DNA from: Actinomycetes bacterium
GTDB lineage: Bacteria > Actinomycetota > Actinomycetes > JAHEKZ01
DNA length: 64,000 nucleotides
Direction: 5' to 3'
NCBI GenBank assembly: GCA_027118455.1
Contig: JAJAYZ010000038.1
Span: 4,422-68,421 of the forward strand
How positions within the stretch are numbered: the first letter of the stretch is position 1; every line of letters begins with the position of its first letter. Under the pieces are notes generated by a model. The model saw nothing but the letters and a program-made list of their open reading frames with translations. It was not told the DNA's origin and searched no databases. The position numbers were made by a program, and so were the translations under genes. Shown in pieces: positions 50,268 through 60,474 of the stretch.

Positions 50268-52934
50268 ATGGAGTCCGCCGAGATCCGCAGCAGATTCTTG
50301 CGCTTCTTTGAGACCCGTGGTCACACCGTCGTCGCGTCTGCTCCGTTGCCGCTGGCCGACCCGACGCTGCTGCTGGTCAACGCCGGCATGGTCCCGTTCA
50401 AGCCCTTCTTCCTCGGCGAGCAGACGCCGCCGTATCCGCGCGCGACCAGCGTGCAGAAGTGCGTACGCACCCTCGACATCGACGAGGTCGGCAAGACGAC
50501 CCGCCACGGTTCGTTCTTCCAGATGGCAGGGAACTTCTCCTTCGGCGACTACTTCAAAGAGGGCGCCATCCCATTTGCCTGGGAGCTGCTGACCAACTCC
50601 ACTGGTGACGGTGGATTCGGATTCGCCGAGGATCGACTCTGGGTCACCGTCTACCAGGACGACGACGAGGCCGCCGAGATCTGGCACCGGGACGTCGGAA
50701 TCCCTGTGCAGCGCATCCAGCGACGCGGACTCAACGACAACTACTGGCACATGGGAGTCCCCGGCCCAGGTGGCCCCTGCTCGGAGATCTACTTCGACCG
50801 CGGTCCTGCGCACGGCAAGGACGGCGGGCCGGTCGTCGACGAAGAGCGGTTCCTCGAGGTGTGGAACCTGGTCTTCATGCAGTACGCATTGACCGAGGTG
50901 CGCCGCAAGGACGACTTTGACATCTCCGGTGACCTGCCGGCCAAGAACATCGACACAGGCATGGGGCTCGAACGGATGGCGGCCCTTCTTCAGGGTGTCG
51001 ACAACATCTACGAGATCGACACGATGCGCTCGATCATCGATCGGGCAGCTGAGCTATCAGGTCGCCGCTATGGGGCCGATCCTGTCGACGATGTGCGTTT
51101 CCGCGTGGTGGCCGACCACACTCGAACGGCTCTCATGCTCATCGGCGACCAGGTGGTTCCGGGCAACGAGGGCCGGGGGTACGTCCTGCGTCGCATCATG
51201 CGCAGGGTCATCCGAAGCATGCGTCTTCTCGGTTCAGCCGATCCGACGGCGCGCGAGCTCACCGCCACTGCCATCGAGGCGATGGGGCCGCAGTACCCAG
51301 AGCTGGAGATCGAGCGAAGTCGGATCTTTGCCGTTGCTGAAGCCGAAGAGGCCGCGTTCGCGCAGACGCTGCGGACGGGTACGCAGATCTTCGATCTTGC
51401 CAGCAGCGAGCTGCAGGCGGCGAGAAGCAGCACTGTGGGTGGGGAGACCGCATTCCGGTTGCACGACACTTATGGATTCCCCATCGACCTCACTCTTGAG
51501 ATGGCCGCCGAGCTGGGGCTGGCCGTCGACGAAGCTGGCTTCCGTCGCTTGATGAAAGAGCAGCGCGACCGGGCCAAAGCTGACGCCAAGTCAAAGAAGA
51601 CTGGCCACGTCGACGGTGCCGCGTACCGGTCACTCGCTGACGTTGCGGGGCGGTCGGAGTTCACCGGTTACACCGAGCTCGAGAGCGAAGGTGTGCTGCG
51701 CGGCATCCTGCGCGACGGTGCAGTCGTTCCAGCCGCGGACGCCGGTGAAACCGTGGAGATCGTGCTCGACCGAACGCCCTTCTACGCCGAAGGTGGCGGC
51801 CAGTTGGCCGATGGGGGCACCGTCCACCTGGCCAACGGAGCGGTGATCGAGGTCGATGACGTCCAGCAACCTGTCGAGGGTCTGATCGTTCATCGGGGCA
51901 GGGTCATCGAGGGGTCGGCCGAGACCGGGCTCGCTGTGGTCGGAAGCATCGATGTCGAACGCAGGTGGGCGATCAGCCGGGCCCACACCGCCACGCACAT
52001 GGTGCACAAGGCGATGCGCGAACTGGTGGGAGAGACCGCCACTCAGGCGGGATCAGAAAACGCCCCCGGTCGTTTCCGGTTCGACTTCCCGAACTCTGGG
52101 GCAGTTCCGACCAGCGTGCTGGCCGACGTCGAGCACAAAGTCAATGAAGTGCTGATCAACGATCTTGCCGTTACCGCTGAGCTGATGCCGATCGACGAGG
52201 CCCGCGCGTCGGGCGCCATGGCCCTCTTCGGTGAAAAGTACGGCGACACCGTGCGGGTGGTGAGCGTCGGCGACTGGACACGCGAGCTCTGCGGCGGAAC
52301 TCACACGCATCGCACCGGCCAGTTGGGCGTGATCAAACTGCTCCATGAGTCGAGCATCGGAGCGGGTGTGCGGCGGATCGAGGCGCTGGTCGGGATCGAC
52401 GCTTATCGGTTCTTGGCGCGTGAGCACACCCTGGTTTCGCTCCTGACCGAGCAACTGAAGGTTCCAGCTGAGGAGCTTCCGGAACGGGTCTTCGGAATCG
52501 TCCAGCGGCTTCGCGACGCCGAGAAGGAGATCGCGGCTGCCAAGAGGGCGCAGCTGGCGGCCGATCTCGCTGAGGTCGCCGTGGCGGCTGAATCGGTCGG
52601 AGCCGTCGACCTCTACGCGTTCCAGGCCCCCGATGACCTCGACGGCGCCGCCCTGCGCGACCTCGCCATCGCGACGCGGGGGCGAGCTGGCCTGGAGCGG
52701 GCTGCCGTCGTCTTGGTGCTCTCGGTCAGCGAGGGCAAGGTGGCTGCCGTTGCGGCAGCCAATGCCACGGCCCAGGCGGCTGGCCTGCCTGCGCGGGACG
52801 TCTTGGCCGCTGCCCTGCCTGCCATCGATGGCCGAGGCGGCGGCAAGGCAGACGTCGCCCAGGGTGGCGGTAGCAATCCGGCTGGAGTGAGCCAGGCGCT
52901 GGCTGCCGTCCGGGCCTCGCTCGCCAGGCGATGA
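50268..52934 (+). CDS. alaS: Alanine--tRNA ligase
   Basis: 888 aa. [27 protein letters not shown], the editing-domain [10 protein letters not shown] / CGGTH motif and a C-terminal DHHA1 domain are present. Confidence 0.97.
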   Translation: MESAEIRSRFLRFFETRGHTVVASAPLPLADPTLLLVNAGMVPFKPFFLGEQTPPYPRATSVQKCVRTLDIDEVGKTTRHGSFFQMAGNFSFGDYFKEGAIPFAWELLTNSTGDGGFGFAEDRLWVTVYQDDDEAAEIWHRDVGIPVQRIQRRGLNDNYWHMGVPGPGGPCSEIYFDRGPAHGKDGGPVVDEERFLEVWNLVFMQYALTEVRRKDDFDISGDLPAKNIDTGMGLERMAALLQGVDNIYEIDTMRSIIDRAAELSGRRYGADPVDDVRFRVVADHTRTALMLIGDQVVPGNEGRGYVLRRIMRRVIRSMRLLGSADPTARELTATAIEAMGPQYPELEIERSRIFAVAEAEEAAFAQTLRTGTQIFDLASSELQAARSSTVGGETAFRLHDTYGFPIDLTLEMAAELGLAVDEAGFRRLMKEQRDRAKADAKSKKTGHVDGAAYRSLADVAGRSEFTGYTELESEGVLRGILRDGAVVPAADAGETVEIVLDRTPFYAEGGGQLADGGTVHLANGAVIEVDDVQQPVEGLIVHRGRVIEGSAETGLAVVGSIDVERRWAISRAHTATHMVHKAMRELVGETATQAGSENAPGRFRFDFPNSGAVPTSVLADVEHKVNEVLINDLAVTAELMPIDEARASGAMALFGEKYGDTVRVVSVGDWTRELCGGTHTHRTGQLGVIKLLHESSIGAGVRRIEALVGIDAYRFLAREHTLVSLLTEQLKVPAEELPERVFGIVQRLRDAEKEIAAAKRAQLAADLAEVAVAAESVGAVDLYAFQAPDDLDGAALRDLAIATRGRAGLERAAVVLVLSVSEGKVAAVAAANATAQAAGLPARDVLAAALPAIDGRGGGKADVAQGGGSNPAGVSQALAAVRASLARR

Positions 52935-53455
52935 GCTCGCCGGACAGTGAGACCGTGTCGCCGCCGCGATCGGCAGGTGTCTGGGTTGCCGTCGATCCTG
53001 GCTCGGTGCGTACCGGGGTTGCGGCCTGCGACAGGGGTGAGGTGCTCGCCTCGCCCGTTACCACGCTGGGCCGCGGTGCGGCGGTGAGTGGGGTCGAGGC
53101 GATCGTCGCTGAACGCGAGGCGATCGGGGTGATCGTCGGCCTTCCGCTGTCCCTATCCGGCGCTGAGGGAACCGCAGCCCAGACAGCACGGTCTTATGCG
53201 GAGGACCTCGCAACGGCACTGGTGGTGCCGGTCTATCTGGTCGATGAACGGCTTACGACGGTGTCGGCCGGTGCTGCGCTTCGACAAGGGGGCCACGACT
53301 CTCGCTCGGCGCGCCGAGTGGTGGACCAGGCCGCAGCCACGGCACTGTTGCAGGGAGTGCTCGACGCTCGTGCCGCACGCGGCGTCAACTGTGGCGATGT
53401 GCTGGACGGTGGGCTCGGTGAGCGGGTCAACCCTGAAGGAGGAGACCGGTCATGA
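52931..53455 (+). CDS. ruvX: Holliday junction resolvase-like protein RuvX/YqgF
   Basis: [18 protein letters not shown] .. [15 protein letters not shown]. The start overlaps the alaS stop. Confidence 0.85.
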   Translation: MSSPDSETVSPPRSAGVWVAVDPGSVRTGVAACDRGEVLASPVTTLGRGAAVSGVEAIVAEREAIGVIVGLPLSLSGAEGTAAQTARSYAEDLATALVVPVYLVDERLTTVSAGAALRQGGHDSRSARRVVDQAAATALLQGVLDARAARGVNCGDVLDGGLGERVNPEGGDRS

Positions 53456-54540
53456 CCGCACCGATTCCTCCCGCGCCGCACCCGCACGGGCACCCAAGAC
53501 GTCGCCGGGCGCATCCGGCTCTGATCGTATTGGTGCTGCTGGGCTTGTTGGTCGGGGGCGCCGGGGTGGGCATGCGCCTGCTGGGCGGATCGCTGGGTGG
53601 GTTCGGCGCCAGTGACGACTATCTCGGGCCGGGCAGCGGTGAGGTCGTGATCGAGGTCGGTCCCGGTGACACCTCGTCGGCGATCGGGTCCACTTTGGAA
53701 CAGGCAGACGTAGTGGCCAGCGCTCAGTCCTTCGTCGATGCTGCCGTCGCTGACGACCGGGCGCTCGGGATCCAGCCGGGTTCGTACTCGATGCTTGCGC
53801 AGATGTCAGCAGCCGGAGCGTTGGAGCGGCTGCTCGATCCGGAGTCCCGCGTCCAGACCGAGGTGGCGATCCCCGAGGGTTTACGGCTCACCGACACCGT
53901 CGATCGCCTGGTTGCGGCCAGCGACCTTCCGCGCCGCGACTTCGAGCAGGCCCTGCAAAACCCACGCCGCCTCGGGCTCCCTGACTACGCCGATGGCAGC
54001 GCAGAGGGATTCCTCTTCCCGGCGACGTACACCTTCGACCCAGGGACATCGGCCGAGCAGATGCTCAAAGCCATGATCGACCGGTACGAGCAGGCCGCCC
54101 AAGACGTGGGCCTGGTCGACGGCGCTGTCGCTGCCGGTTACACGCCCCGTGAGGCGCTGACGGTTGCGAGCATGGCGCAGGCCGAGGTTGCCGAGCGTGA
54201 CTTCGGCAAGGCGTCGCGGGTGGTGGCCAACCGGCTCGAGCTCGGGATGACCCTCGGGTTCGACTCCACCGTCAACTACGCGCTTGGCTCCGATGACCTG
54301 ACGCTGGCCCAGGATCAGCTCGCTGTCGACTCCCCGTACAACACCTACGTCAACACCGGGCTGCCGCCTGGTCCGATCAACGCGCCAGGCGAGGCGGCGA
54401 TGGCCGCGGCGATTGCGCCACCCCCTGGCGACTGGCTCTACTTCGTGGCGGTCTCCCCAGACAGTGACAAGACCCAGTTCACCGCCGACTACCAAGAGTT
54501 CCTGCAGTTCAAGGACGAGTTCTACAGCCAGGTGCCGTGA
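53452..54540 (+). CDS. mltG: Endolytic murein transglycosylase MltG (YceG family)
   Basis: N-terminal TM ALIVLVLLGLLVGGAGV and a YceG domain (..LQMDSTVNYALG..). It follows ruvX as in many bacteria. Confidence 0.85.
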   Translation: MTAPIPPAPHPHGHPRRRRAHPALIVLVLLGLLVGGAGVGMRLLGGSLGGFGASDDYLGPGSGEVVIEVGPGDTSSAIGSTLEQADVVASAQSFVDAAVADDRALGIQPGSYSMLAQMSAAGALERLLDPESRVQTEVAIPEGLRLTDTVDRLVAASDLPRRDFEQALQNPRRLGLPDYADGSAEGFLFPATYTFDPGTSAEQMLKAMIDRYEQAAQDVGLVDGAVAAGYTPREALTVASMAQAEVAERDFGKASRVVANRLELGMTLGFDSTVNYALGSDDLTLAQDQLAVDSPYNTYVNTGLPPGPINAPGEAAMAAAIAPPPGDWLYFVAVSPDSDKTQFTADYQEFLQFKDEFYSQVP

Positions 54541-55412
54541 TGGCGCTGCCCGTGCGCCGGGCTGGCGTCCTTGGCCATCCGATCCAGCACTCGTTGTCGC
54601 CGGTCCTGCACCGAGCGGCGTACGACGCCCTCGGCATGGACTGGGACTACTCAGCCATCGATGTGACAGCCGATGGGCTAGCGGTGTTCCTGGACTCCCT
54701 TGACCCCGAGTGGGTGGGGCTCTCGCTCACCATGCCTCTCAAAGAGGCGGTGATTGATCTGCTCACTGAGGTCGAGCCGCGAGCTGCCACCGTGCGTGCA
54801 GTAAACACCGTGATCCTCGACGGCTCTGGTCGAAAAGGCTTCAACACCGATATCACCGGGCTGCAGTCGATCCTTTCCGATGCCCTGATTGGTCCTTCCA
54901 GCACGGCGACCGTTGTGGGGGCCGGCGCGACAGCGCGGTCCTCGGTGGCCGCTCTCGCAGCAGTAGGCGTGCCGCGGGTCGTTCTTCTGGCCCGCCGCTC
55001 CGAGGCGGTGGCGGAGTTGGCCGCGCTCGCTGATGTGCTCGAGATCTGCGGTGAGCCAGGGGCCTGGCCGCCCTCGCTCGACGCACTCGGCGCCGACGTC
55101 GTGGTCAGCACTGCTCCCGCCGATGCGGCCGCCGGCTTTCCGGTTCCCACCAGACCAGGCCTGTTGGTCGATGTTCTGTACCACCCCTGGCCGACGCCCC
55201 TGGCTGCTGCCTGGAAAGAGTCAGGAGGCCGAGTGGTTGGCGGTCTGGAGCTCCTCGTCCGTCAGGCGGTCGCCCAGGTCACCCTGATGACGGGCCGCAC
55301 GCCACCAGTCGGCGTGTTGCGGAGCGCCGGATCTGCTGCGTTGTCCGCCAGCGGAGGCCCGGCAGGTCGGGTCGGGCCTGGTCGCGAAGATATCGCTCAA
55401 GCGGAGCAGTAA
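54537..55412 (+). CDS. aroE: Shikimate dehydrogenase
   Basis: AGVLGHPIQHSLSPVLHRAAYDALG N-terminus and the NADP Rossmann VVGAGATARS. Confidence 0.85.
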   Translation: MMALPVRRAGVLGHPIQHSLSPVLHRAAYDALGMDWDYSAIDVTADGLAVFLDSLDPEWVGLSLTMPLKEAVIDLLTEVEPRAATVRAVNTVILDGSGRKGFNTDITGLQSILSDALIGPSSTATVVGAGATARSSVAALAAVGVPRVVLLARRSEAVAELAALADVLEICGEPGAWPPSLDALGADVVVSTAPADAAAGFPVPTRPGLLVDVLYHPWPTPLAAAWKESGGRVVGGLELLVRQAVAQVTLMTGRTPPVGVLRSAGSAALSASGGPAGRVGPGREDIAQAEQ

Positions 55413-55486
55413 CACAGCCGAAGCACCCTCTAAGGTCTGGTCGGTTCTCCCGACCGGCGACGCGGTCCGATCGCGAGAGGTGCACC

Positions 55487-56197
55487 ATGTCAGATCCCTA
55501 CGCCGCCGCACTGAGCGGTGCCGCAGGCCGTTCGCTTCAGCTTGACCAGGTTTTGCGGGCACTGCTGCGTCAGGCCCCGGACGTCGAGGCTGCAGCTGTT
55601 GTCTCGTTCGACGGTTTGCCGATGGCGTCAGCGCTGCCGGCCGGCATGGACGAGGACCGGGTGGCGGCGATGTCTGCTGCCCTGCTCTCGCTCGGCGAAC
55701 GGGCGGCGCAGGGCCTGGGCCGCGGTGACCTTTCCCAGGTCTATGTCGAGGGTGACAACGGCACGGTCTTCTTGGTCAGCGCCGACGACGAGGCGGTCCT
55801 GGTTGCCGTCGGACGAGTTGGCGCCAAAGTCGGCCTGATGCTCTTCGAGGTCAAGCAGGCAGCTGCTGCGGTCGGCACGGCGCTGCGTATCGACACCTTC
55901 CCCGAGACTCCGGTGCCGCTGCTCGTGCAGGTGGCTCCCGAACCACCGGCGCAGCACGTCCAGCCGATGCAGCCGGTGCAGCCGGTGCAGCAGGAGCCCC
56001 AGCCGGTGCAGCCAGTGCAGCCGGTGCAGCAGGAGGCAGTACCCCAACTTGCGCAGTCCAATGATGGGCAGCCGAGCAACGGTGGCGAACGCGAGGATGC
56101 TCATTCATCCATCGACCGATTCCCGCACCTCACACCGGTCCAGCCAGAAGACCGTCGGCCAGCTGTTGTGGCCTCCGACGGCAGCTCCTGGTCCTGA
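55487..56197 (+). CDS. Roadblock/LC7 (MglB/CvnB-like) domain protein with Q/P/V-rich C-terminal tail
   Basis: The N-terminal 125 aa (..AAAVVSFDGLPMASALPAGMDEDRVAAMSAALLSLGE..VYVEGDNGTVFLVSADDEAVLVAV..) fit the Roadblock/LC7 fold. The C-terminal tail is QPMQPVQPVQQEPQPVQPVQPVQQE. Confidence 0.72.
   Translation: MSDPYAAALSGAAGRSLQLDQVLRALLRQAPDVEAAAVVSFDGLPMASALPAGMDEDRVAAMSAALLSLGERAAQGLGRGDLSQVYVEGDNGTVFLVSADDEAVLVAVGRVGAKVGLMLFEVKQAAAAVGTALRIDTFPETPVPLLVQVAPEPPAQHVQPMQPVQPVQQEPQPVQPVQPVQQEAVPQLAQSNDGQPSNGGEREDAHSSIDRFPHLTPVQPEDRRPAVVASDGSSWS
55961..56035. repeat. Tandem 9-bp repeats (CAGCCGGTG) encoding (QPV)n in the Roadblock protein tail
   Basis: Seen directly in sequence. Confidence 0.75.
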
Positions 56198-56254
56198 CCG
56201 ACCTTTGAAGAACCCGCCCTAGCCAATCCCGTCATCGAAGGATCGTGACCTGAC

Positions 56255-57550
56255 GTGAAGCTCGAAGGTTCGCTTGATGCCTTCAGTCTTCCGGATGTCT
56301 TCCAGCTGCTGAGCCTGACGAAGAAGTCCGGAGGACTTCACCTGACCAATGGTCAGGTCTCCGGCAGCGTCTACTTTGCCGATGGCATGGTCACCGGCGC
56401 AGTTTCCGACATCTCTCGCCAAGCTCTCGCTCGCCGCCTAGTTGGCCTCGGTGCTGCCGACGACGCGGCATTACGGCGTGCTGTCGAACGGGCCGCCAAC
56501 GAAGGTGCTGGGATCGCTCGCGCTCTGGTCGAGGCGGGATCGGTTGACGGTTCGCTCGTGCAGCGCCTGGCACTCGAGCAGGCGGTTGACGCGGTCTTCG
56601 ACCTGCTGCGCTGGCCCAACGGCGACTTCGCCTTCGGCATGGGCGAGGAGAACCCCGACGACGTCGGGCTCGTCGTCACCGCTGAGCAGATCGTTGGGGA
56701 GGCAACGACACGGCGCGAGTCATGGGAGGCGCTGTCGCGGCTGATCCCGAGTCCGGATGTCGTGCTGACCATGCCGGTCGTTCTTCCCGAGAACACCACG
56801 TTGGACCGGGACGAGTGGGCTCTGCTGGCCCTCATCGACGGAACCCGTTCGGTTGGCGACCTCGTCGAGATCTCCGGTGCCGGGCAGTACCCGGTCGTCT
56901 CCACCCTGGCGACACTCATCCAGCGGGGTCTGCTGGTCCTTCGGGATGAGGAGAGCCCCGATCACGTCTCTCTTGTCATGCGTCGTCAGCAGCTGCTGGC
57001 GCCACTGGAGTTCTCGGCGGCGCCCCCCGCATCGGCTCAGGCCGGTCTACCGGATGTGCATATCCAGGCCAGGGGAGTTCCTCAGGGTGCGGTGGCTCTC
57101 GACGCGACGATCCCAGCGACAGCTGGCGGCCCACTGGCACCGGCGGCGCCGGTTCCCCCAGTCATGCCACCGTCGGTACCAGCTGGGGTACCTGCTCCGG
57201 CTGCTGCCGCGGCCGCCCCTGGCATGCTCCCAGGGGCCCACGACCCGGCCAACATCGTTCCTCCGCGCCCTGAGCCGTTCCTTCCCAAGAGGGACGTCGA
57301 TTACCCAGAACCTGTTCGAGCGCCTGGCTTTGCTGCTCCGGCCGCCTCCACCGCTAGGGCTCCCGTCAGCGCGCCCCCCGGAGCTCCTCCTGGCATGGCC
57401 GGGGCGCTCTCGGGTGGCATCGCTCGGGGTGCCAGCGGCGTCGGAGTGGCGACGGCCGCGGCACCAGCAGGTGACAGTGCGATCGAACGTGATCCAACGG
57501 TCAACCGCAGCCTGATGCTGCGCCTCATCGCCGGCGTCCGGGGGCTCTGA
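56255..57550 (+). CDS. DUF4388 (PATAN) domain protein with Pro/Ala-rich C-terminal half
   Basis: N-terminal MKLEGSLDAFSLPDVFQLLSLTKKSGGLHLTNGQVSGSVYFADGMVTGA matches the DUF4388 opening. A second DUF4388-like unit follows (..LALIDGTRSVGDLVEISG..). The protein ends in a PAPAAPVPPVMPP-type low-complexity region. Confidence 0.68.
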   Translation: MKLEGSLDAFSLPDVFQLLSLTKKSGGLHLTNGQVSGSVYFADGMVTGAVSDISRQALARRLVGLGAADDAALRRAVERAANEGAGIARALVEAGSVDGSLVQRLALEQAVDAVFDLLRWPNGDFAFGMGEENPDDVGLVVTAEQIVGEATTRRESWEALSRLIPSPDVVLTMPVVLPENTTLDRDEWALLALIDGTRSVGDLVEISGAGQYPVVSTLATLIQRGLLVLRDEESPDHVSLVMRRQQLLAPLEFSAAPPASAQAGLPDVHIQARGVPQGAVALDATIPATAGGPLAPAAPVPPVMPPSVPAGVPAPAAAAAAPGMLPGAHDPANIVPPRPEPFLPKRDVDYPEPVRAPGFAAPAASTARAPVSAPPGAPPGMAGALSGGIARGASGVGVATAAAPAGDSAIERDPTVNRSLMLRLIAGVRGL

Positions 57551-57551
57551 C

Positions 57552-58127
57552 ATGGCAACCAAACAACGTCGTCGGCACGGTGGTCAGGCCGTCAAGGTCG
57601 TCATCACCGGGCCGTTTGCGGCCGGGAAGACCACACTGATCCGCACGATCAGTGAGATCACCGTGCTTTCGACCGAGCGCGGAATCACCGACAGCACGAG
57701 GTCGCGCAAGAACGAGACAACGGTCGCAATGGACTTCGGGCGGATCACCATCGACCGCGAGCTGGTGCTCTACCTGTTCGGTACCCCAGGACAGGAACGC
57801 TTCGACTTCATGTGGGAGATCCTCGGTGAGGGGATGCTCGGCTACGTCCTCCTCCTCGATGCCAACCGCCCGGAGTCGCTGGCTGAAGCCGTCGGCATCC
57901 TTGAGGCGTTTCGAAAGATGGCCAGGGTCCCGTTCGTGGTGGCGTTGAACCGCACCACAGGGGTCGACGAGGTCGAGGAGGCCCGCATCCGGCAGGCCCT
58001 CGGGGTCGACAGCCGAGTGGCGCTCGTGCCCTGTGACGCCACCAACAAGGATTCGGTCAAAGCCGTGCTGCTGGCTCTGCTCTACTCGGTCTTGGACGAG
58101 GTCGAAACGGCGACAGCCGGCGTCTGA
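57552..58127 (+). CDS. Small Ras-like GTPase (MglA/CvnD-type ATP/GTP-binding protein)
   Basis: P-loop VVITGPFAAGKTTL, switch II LFGTPGQERF and a degenerate G4 (VALNRT) typical of conservon-type GTPases. The ATG overlaps the upstream stop. Confidence 0.75.
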   Translation: MATKQRRRHGGQAVKVVITGPFAAGKTTLIRTISEITVLSTERGITDSTRSRKNETTVAMDFGRITIDRELVLYLFGTPGQERFDFMWEILGEGMLGYVLLLDANRPESLAEAVGILEAFRKMARVPFVVALNRTTGVDEVEEARIRQALGVDSRVALVPCDATNKDSVKAVLLALLYSVLDEVETATAGV

Positions 58128-58144
58128 CGCCGAACGGACCCGAT

Positions 58145-58486
58145 ATGCGCTGGCTGACCCGCCGCTCAACGCAGGCATCACCTAAGGGGCGACATGCCGC
58201 TGGACGGGTAGCTCCCCTCCCCGCTGTGACTTCGCCTGCCTCAGCGTCGGCTGCAGGTGCGGCGGCTGCGGTTGCCGAACAGGTACCGCTCCGGGCGGCG
58301 ATCGTCCACCCTGTCCATGAACGGACGCCTGAGGCGATGCGAGGCATGACACCAGAGGCAACGCCTGTGGCGATGGCCAGTGGCGTCTACCTCGGCTTCT
58401 CTGACGGTTCTGGCCACGAGCTCGCGGTTGGCGACCCAAGGGTGAGTGCTTTTCGGGCAGTGGCCCGCACTCTCGTCGGCGTCTGA
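58145..58486 (+). CDS. Hypothetical protein (possible fourth member of the GTPase module)
   Basis: 113-aa ORF 17 nt after the GTPase gene. It is Ala/Arg-rich with no motif. Coding status is uncertain. Confidence 0.25.
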   Translation: MRWLTRRSTQASPKGRHAAGRVAPLPAVTSPASASAAGAAAAVAEQVPLRAAIVHPVHERTPEAMRGMTPEATPVAMASGVYLGFSDGSGHELAVGDPRVSAFRAVARTLVGV

Positions 58487-58593
58487 CCGGGCTCCGAAGG
58501 GTCGGTTCGCTCAAGACGGGCGGTCATCGGCCGATCTAGTCCAAGACATTGGTGCCCGGGGGACAGACCCTGTTGGGGCGACCGAGGGTGGAG

Positions 58594-60270
58594 GCCGTTG
58601 GCGTGAAGCAGCTGGGCGACATCCTGGTGCAGGACGGTCTGGTCACCGAAGACCAGCTCTTCGCAGCGTTTCGTGAGCACAAGGAACAGGGCAAGGCTCT
58701 CGGTCGGGTCCTCGTCGACCAGGGAGTCCTCACCGAGTCACAGCTGGTTGCAGCGCTCGCTCAGCAGATCGGACTGGAGTTCGTCGACCTCGGCGACTAC
58801 CCCGTTGATGGAAGCATCATCGCCAGGGTCTCCGGAGCCATCTGCCGTAAGCACTCGGCCCTGCCTTTGCGGATCGATGACGAAGGCAAACTGCTGCTCG
58901 CCATGGCTGACCCGGCCAATGTCTTTGCGATCGACGACATCCGCTCCATCACCGGATTCGAGGTTCGCCCCGTCGTTGCCACGCGCGCCGACGTGCTGGG
59001 TGCGATCGATCGATACTTTCGCGCCGACTCCGACCTGGACGACCTCACTGCCGTCATGCACGGCGACGAGGAGGAGGAGGACCTCGCTGGCCTGAAGGAG
59101 GTTGTCGAGGAGGCACCGATCGTCAAGTTCGTCAACCTCCTGATCAGTCAAGCGATTCAAGACCGAGCTTCTGATATTCACCTGGAGCCGGGCGAGCATT
59201 CTCTGGTAGTTCGCTATCGCATCGACGGCGTTTTGCATGAGGTAATGAAGTCACCGAAGAATATTCAGTCAGGCGTCATCAGCCGGCTGAAGATCATGTC
59301 GGACATCAACATTGCCGAACGTCGCATCCCGCAGGACGGTCGACTTTCGGTCAACCACCAGGGAAAGAAGATTGACCTCCGGGTGGCGACCCTGCCCACC
59401 GTCTGGGGCGAGAAGGTCGTCATGCGTATCTTGGACAACTCCAATGCGCAGATGGCGCTCTCTGACCTCGGGTTCTCGGAGTTCAACCGTGAGGTCTTCG
59501 CCCAGAGCTTTTCCAAGCCCTATGGGATGATCCTGGTGACCGGACCGACCGGTTCGGGAAAGTCCACGACGCTCTACGCGACGCTCAACCAGATCGCCCG
59601 CCCAGAGGTCAACGTCATCACCGTCGAGGACCCGGTCGAGTACCGTCTCCCCGGCATCAACCAGGTTCAGACCAATGTCAAAGCCGGCCTCACCTTCGCG
59701 GCGGCGCTGAGGTCGATCCTTCGCTGTGACCCAGATATCGTGCTGATCGGTGAGATTCGTGACCACGAGACCGCCCGGATCGCGGTGGAAGCTGCACTCA
59801 CCGGCCACCTCGTCCTCTCCACGCTGCACACCAACGACGCACCGTCGGCCGTCACCAGGCTCACCGAGATGGGGCTGGAACCGTTCTTGGTCGGGTCGGC
59901 GCTGGACTGCGTGCTCGCCCAGCGTCTTGCTCGTCGGCTCTGCTCCAAGTGCAAGGAGGCGTACCAACCGACCCCCGATGCCTTGGTTCAGGCTCGCTTC
60001 CCCTGGGTCGACGGCCAAGAGCTACCCACCCTCTACCGCGCGGTGGGGTGCCCGGCGTGCTCCAAGACCGGCTACCGCGGCCGGCTCGCCCTGCACGAGG
60101 TGATGGCGGTGTCTGAGGCCGTTGAGCGCCACGCGGTCGAGCACGCCTCGGCGACCGTCATCTCCGAGACGGCGCGTGCTGAGGGCATGCGCACCCTGCG
60201 TGACGACGGGATGTTCAAAGTTGCCAGCGGAGTCACCACGATGGACGAGATCCTGCGCGTCGTCGTCTAG
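58594..60270 (+). CDS. pilB: Type IV pilus assembly ATPase PilB (GspE family) with N-terminal tandem MshEN-type c-di-GMP-binding motifs
   Basis: Two consecutive 24-aa motifs, KQLGDILVQDGLVTEDQLFAAFRE and KALGRVLVDQGVLTESQLVAALAQQ. Walker A VTGPTGSGKSTT, Asp box, Walker B ILIGEIRD and a tetracysteine CSKC..CPAC are present. GTG at 58594 follows GGAGG; the ORF opens at 58549. Confidence 0.9.
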   Translation, partial: AVGVKQLGDILVQDGLVTEDQLFAAFREHKEQGKALGRVLVDQGVLTESQLVAALAQQIGLEFVDLGDYPVDGSIIARVSGAICRKHSALPLRIDDEGKLLLAMADPANVFAIDDIRSITGFEVRPVVATRADVLGAIDRYFRADSDLDDLTAVMHGDEEEEDLAGLKEVVEEAPIVKFVNLLISQAIQDRASDIHLEPGEHSLVVRYRIDGVLHEVMKSPKNIQSGVISRLKIMSDINIAERRIPQDGRLSVNHQGKKIDLRVATLPTVWGEKVVMRILDNSNAQMALSDLGFSEFNREVFAQSFSKPYGMILVTGPTGSGKSTTLYATLNQIARPEVNVITVEDPVEYRLPGINQVQTNVKAGLTFAAALRSILRCDPDIVLIGEIRDHETARIAVEAALTGHLVLSTLHTNDAPSAVTRLTEMGLEPFLVGSALDCVLAQRLARRLCSKCKEAYQPTPDALVQARFPWVDGQELPTLYRAVGCPACSKTGYRGRLALHEVMAVSEAVERHAVEHASATVISETARAEGMRTLRDDGMFKVASGVTTMDEILRVVV

Positions 60271-60474
60271 GCCCCGCTCGCCGCAACCCTCAGCCCGCAA
60301 CCCTCAGCCGATGGCGGGGTCGGTGGCCGCTTCTGATGACAGGCGGCCCTCGCAACTTAAATGACTAGTTCTCCAGGAGTCGGCTCAAGGGGTGACCTCT
60401 GGACGCCGAAAGACCGCTACAGGGGTACCGCCGCCGGTGGTGCTCGTGGTGTACGCCCAAGGAGGCAGTTCGAC

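Noticed and set aside
60361-60474. First 38 codons of the ORF-track PilT call (MTSSPGVGSRGDLW...)
   Set aside because: GC3 content is poor and there is no RBS. A perfect AAGGAGG 9 nt upstream of the GTG at 60475 marks a better start. The acidic extension downstream of 60475 is retained as possibly real.
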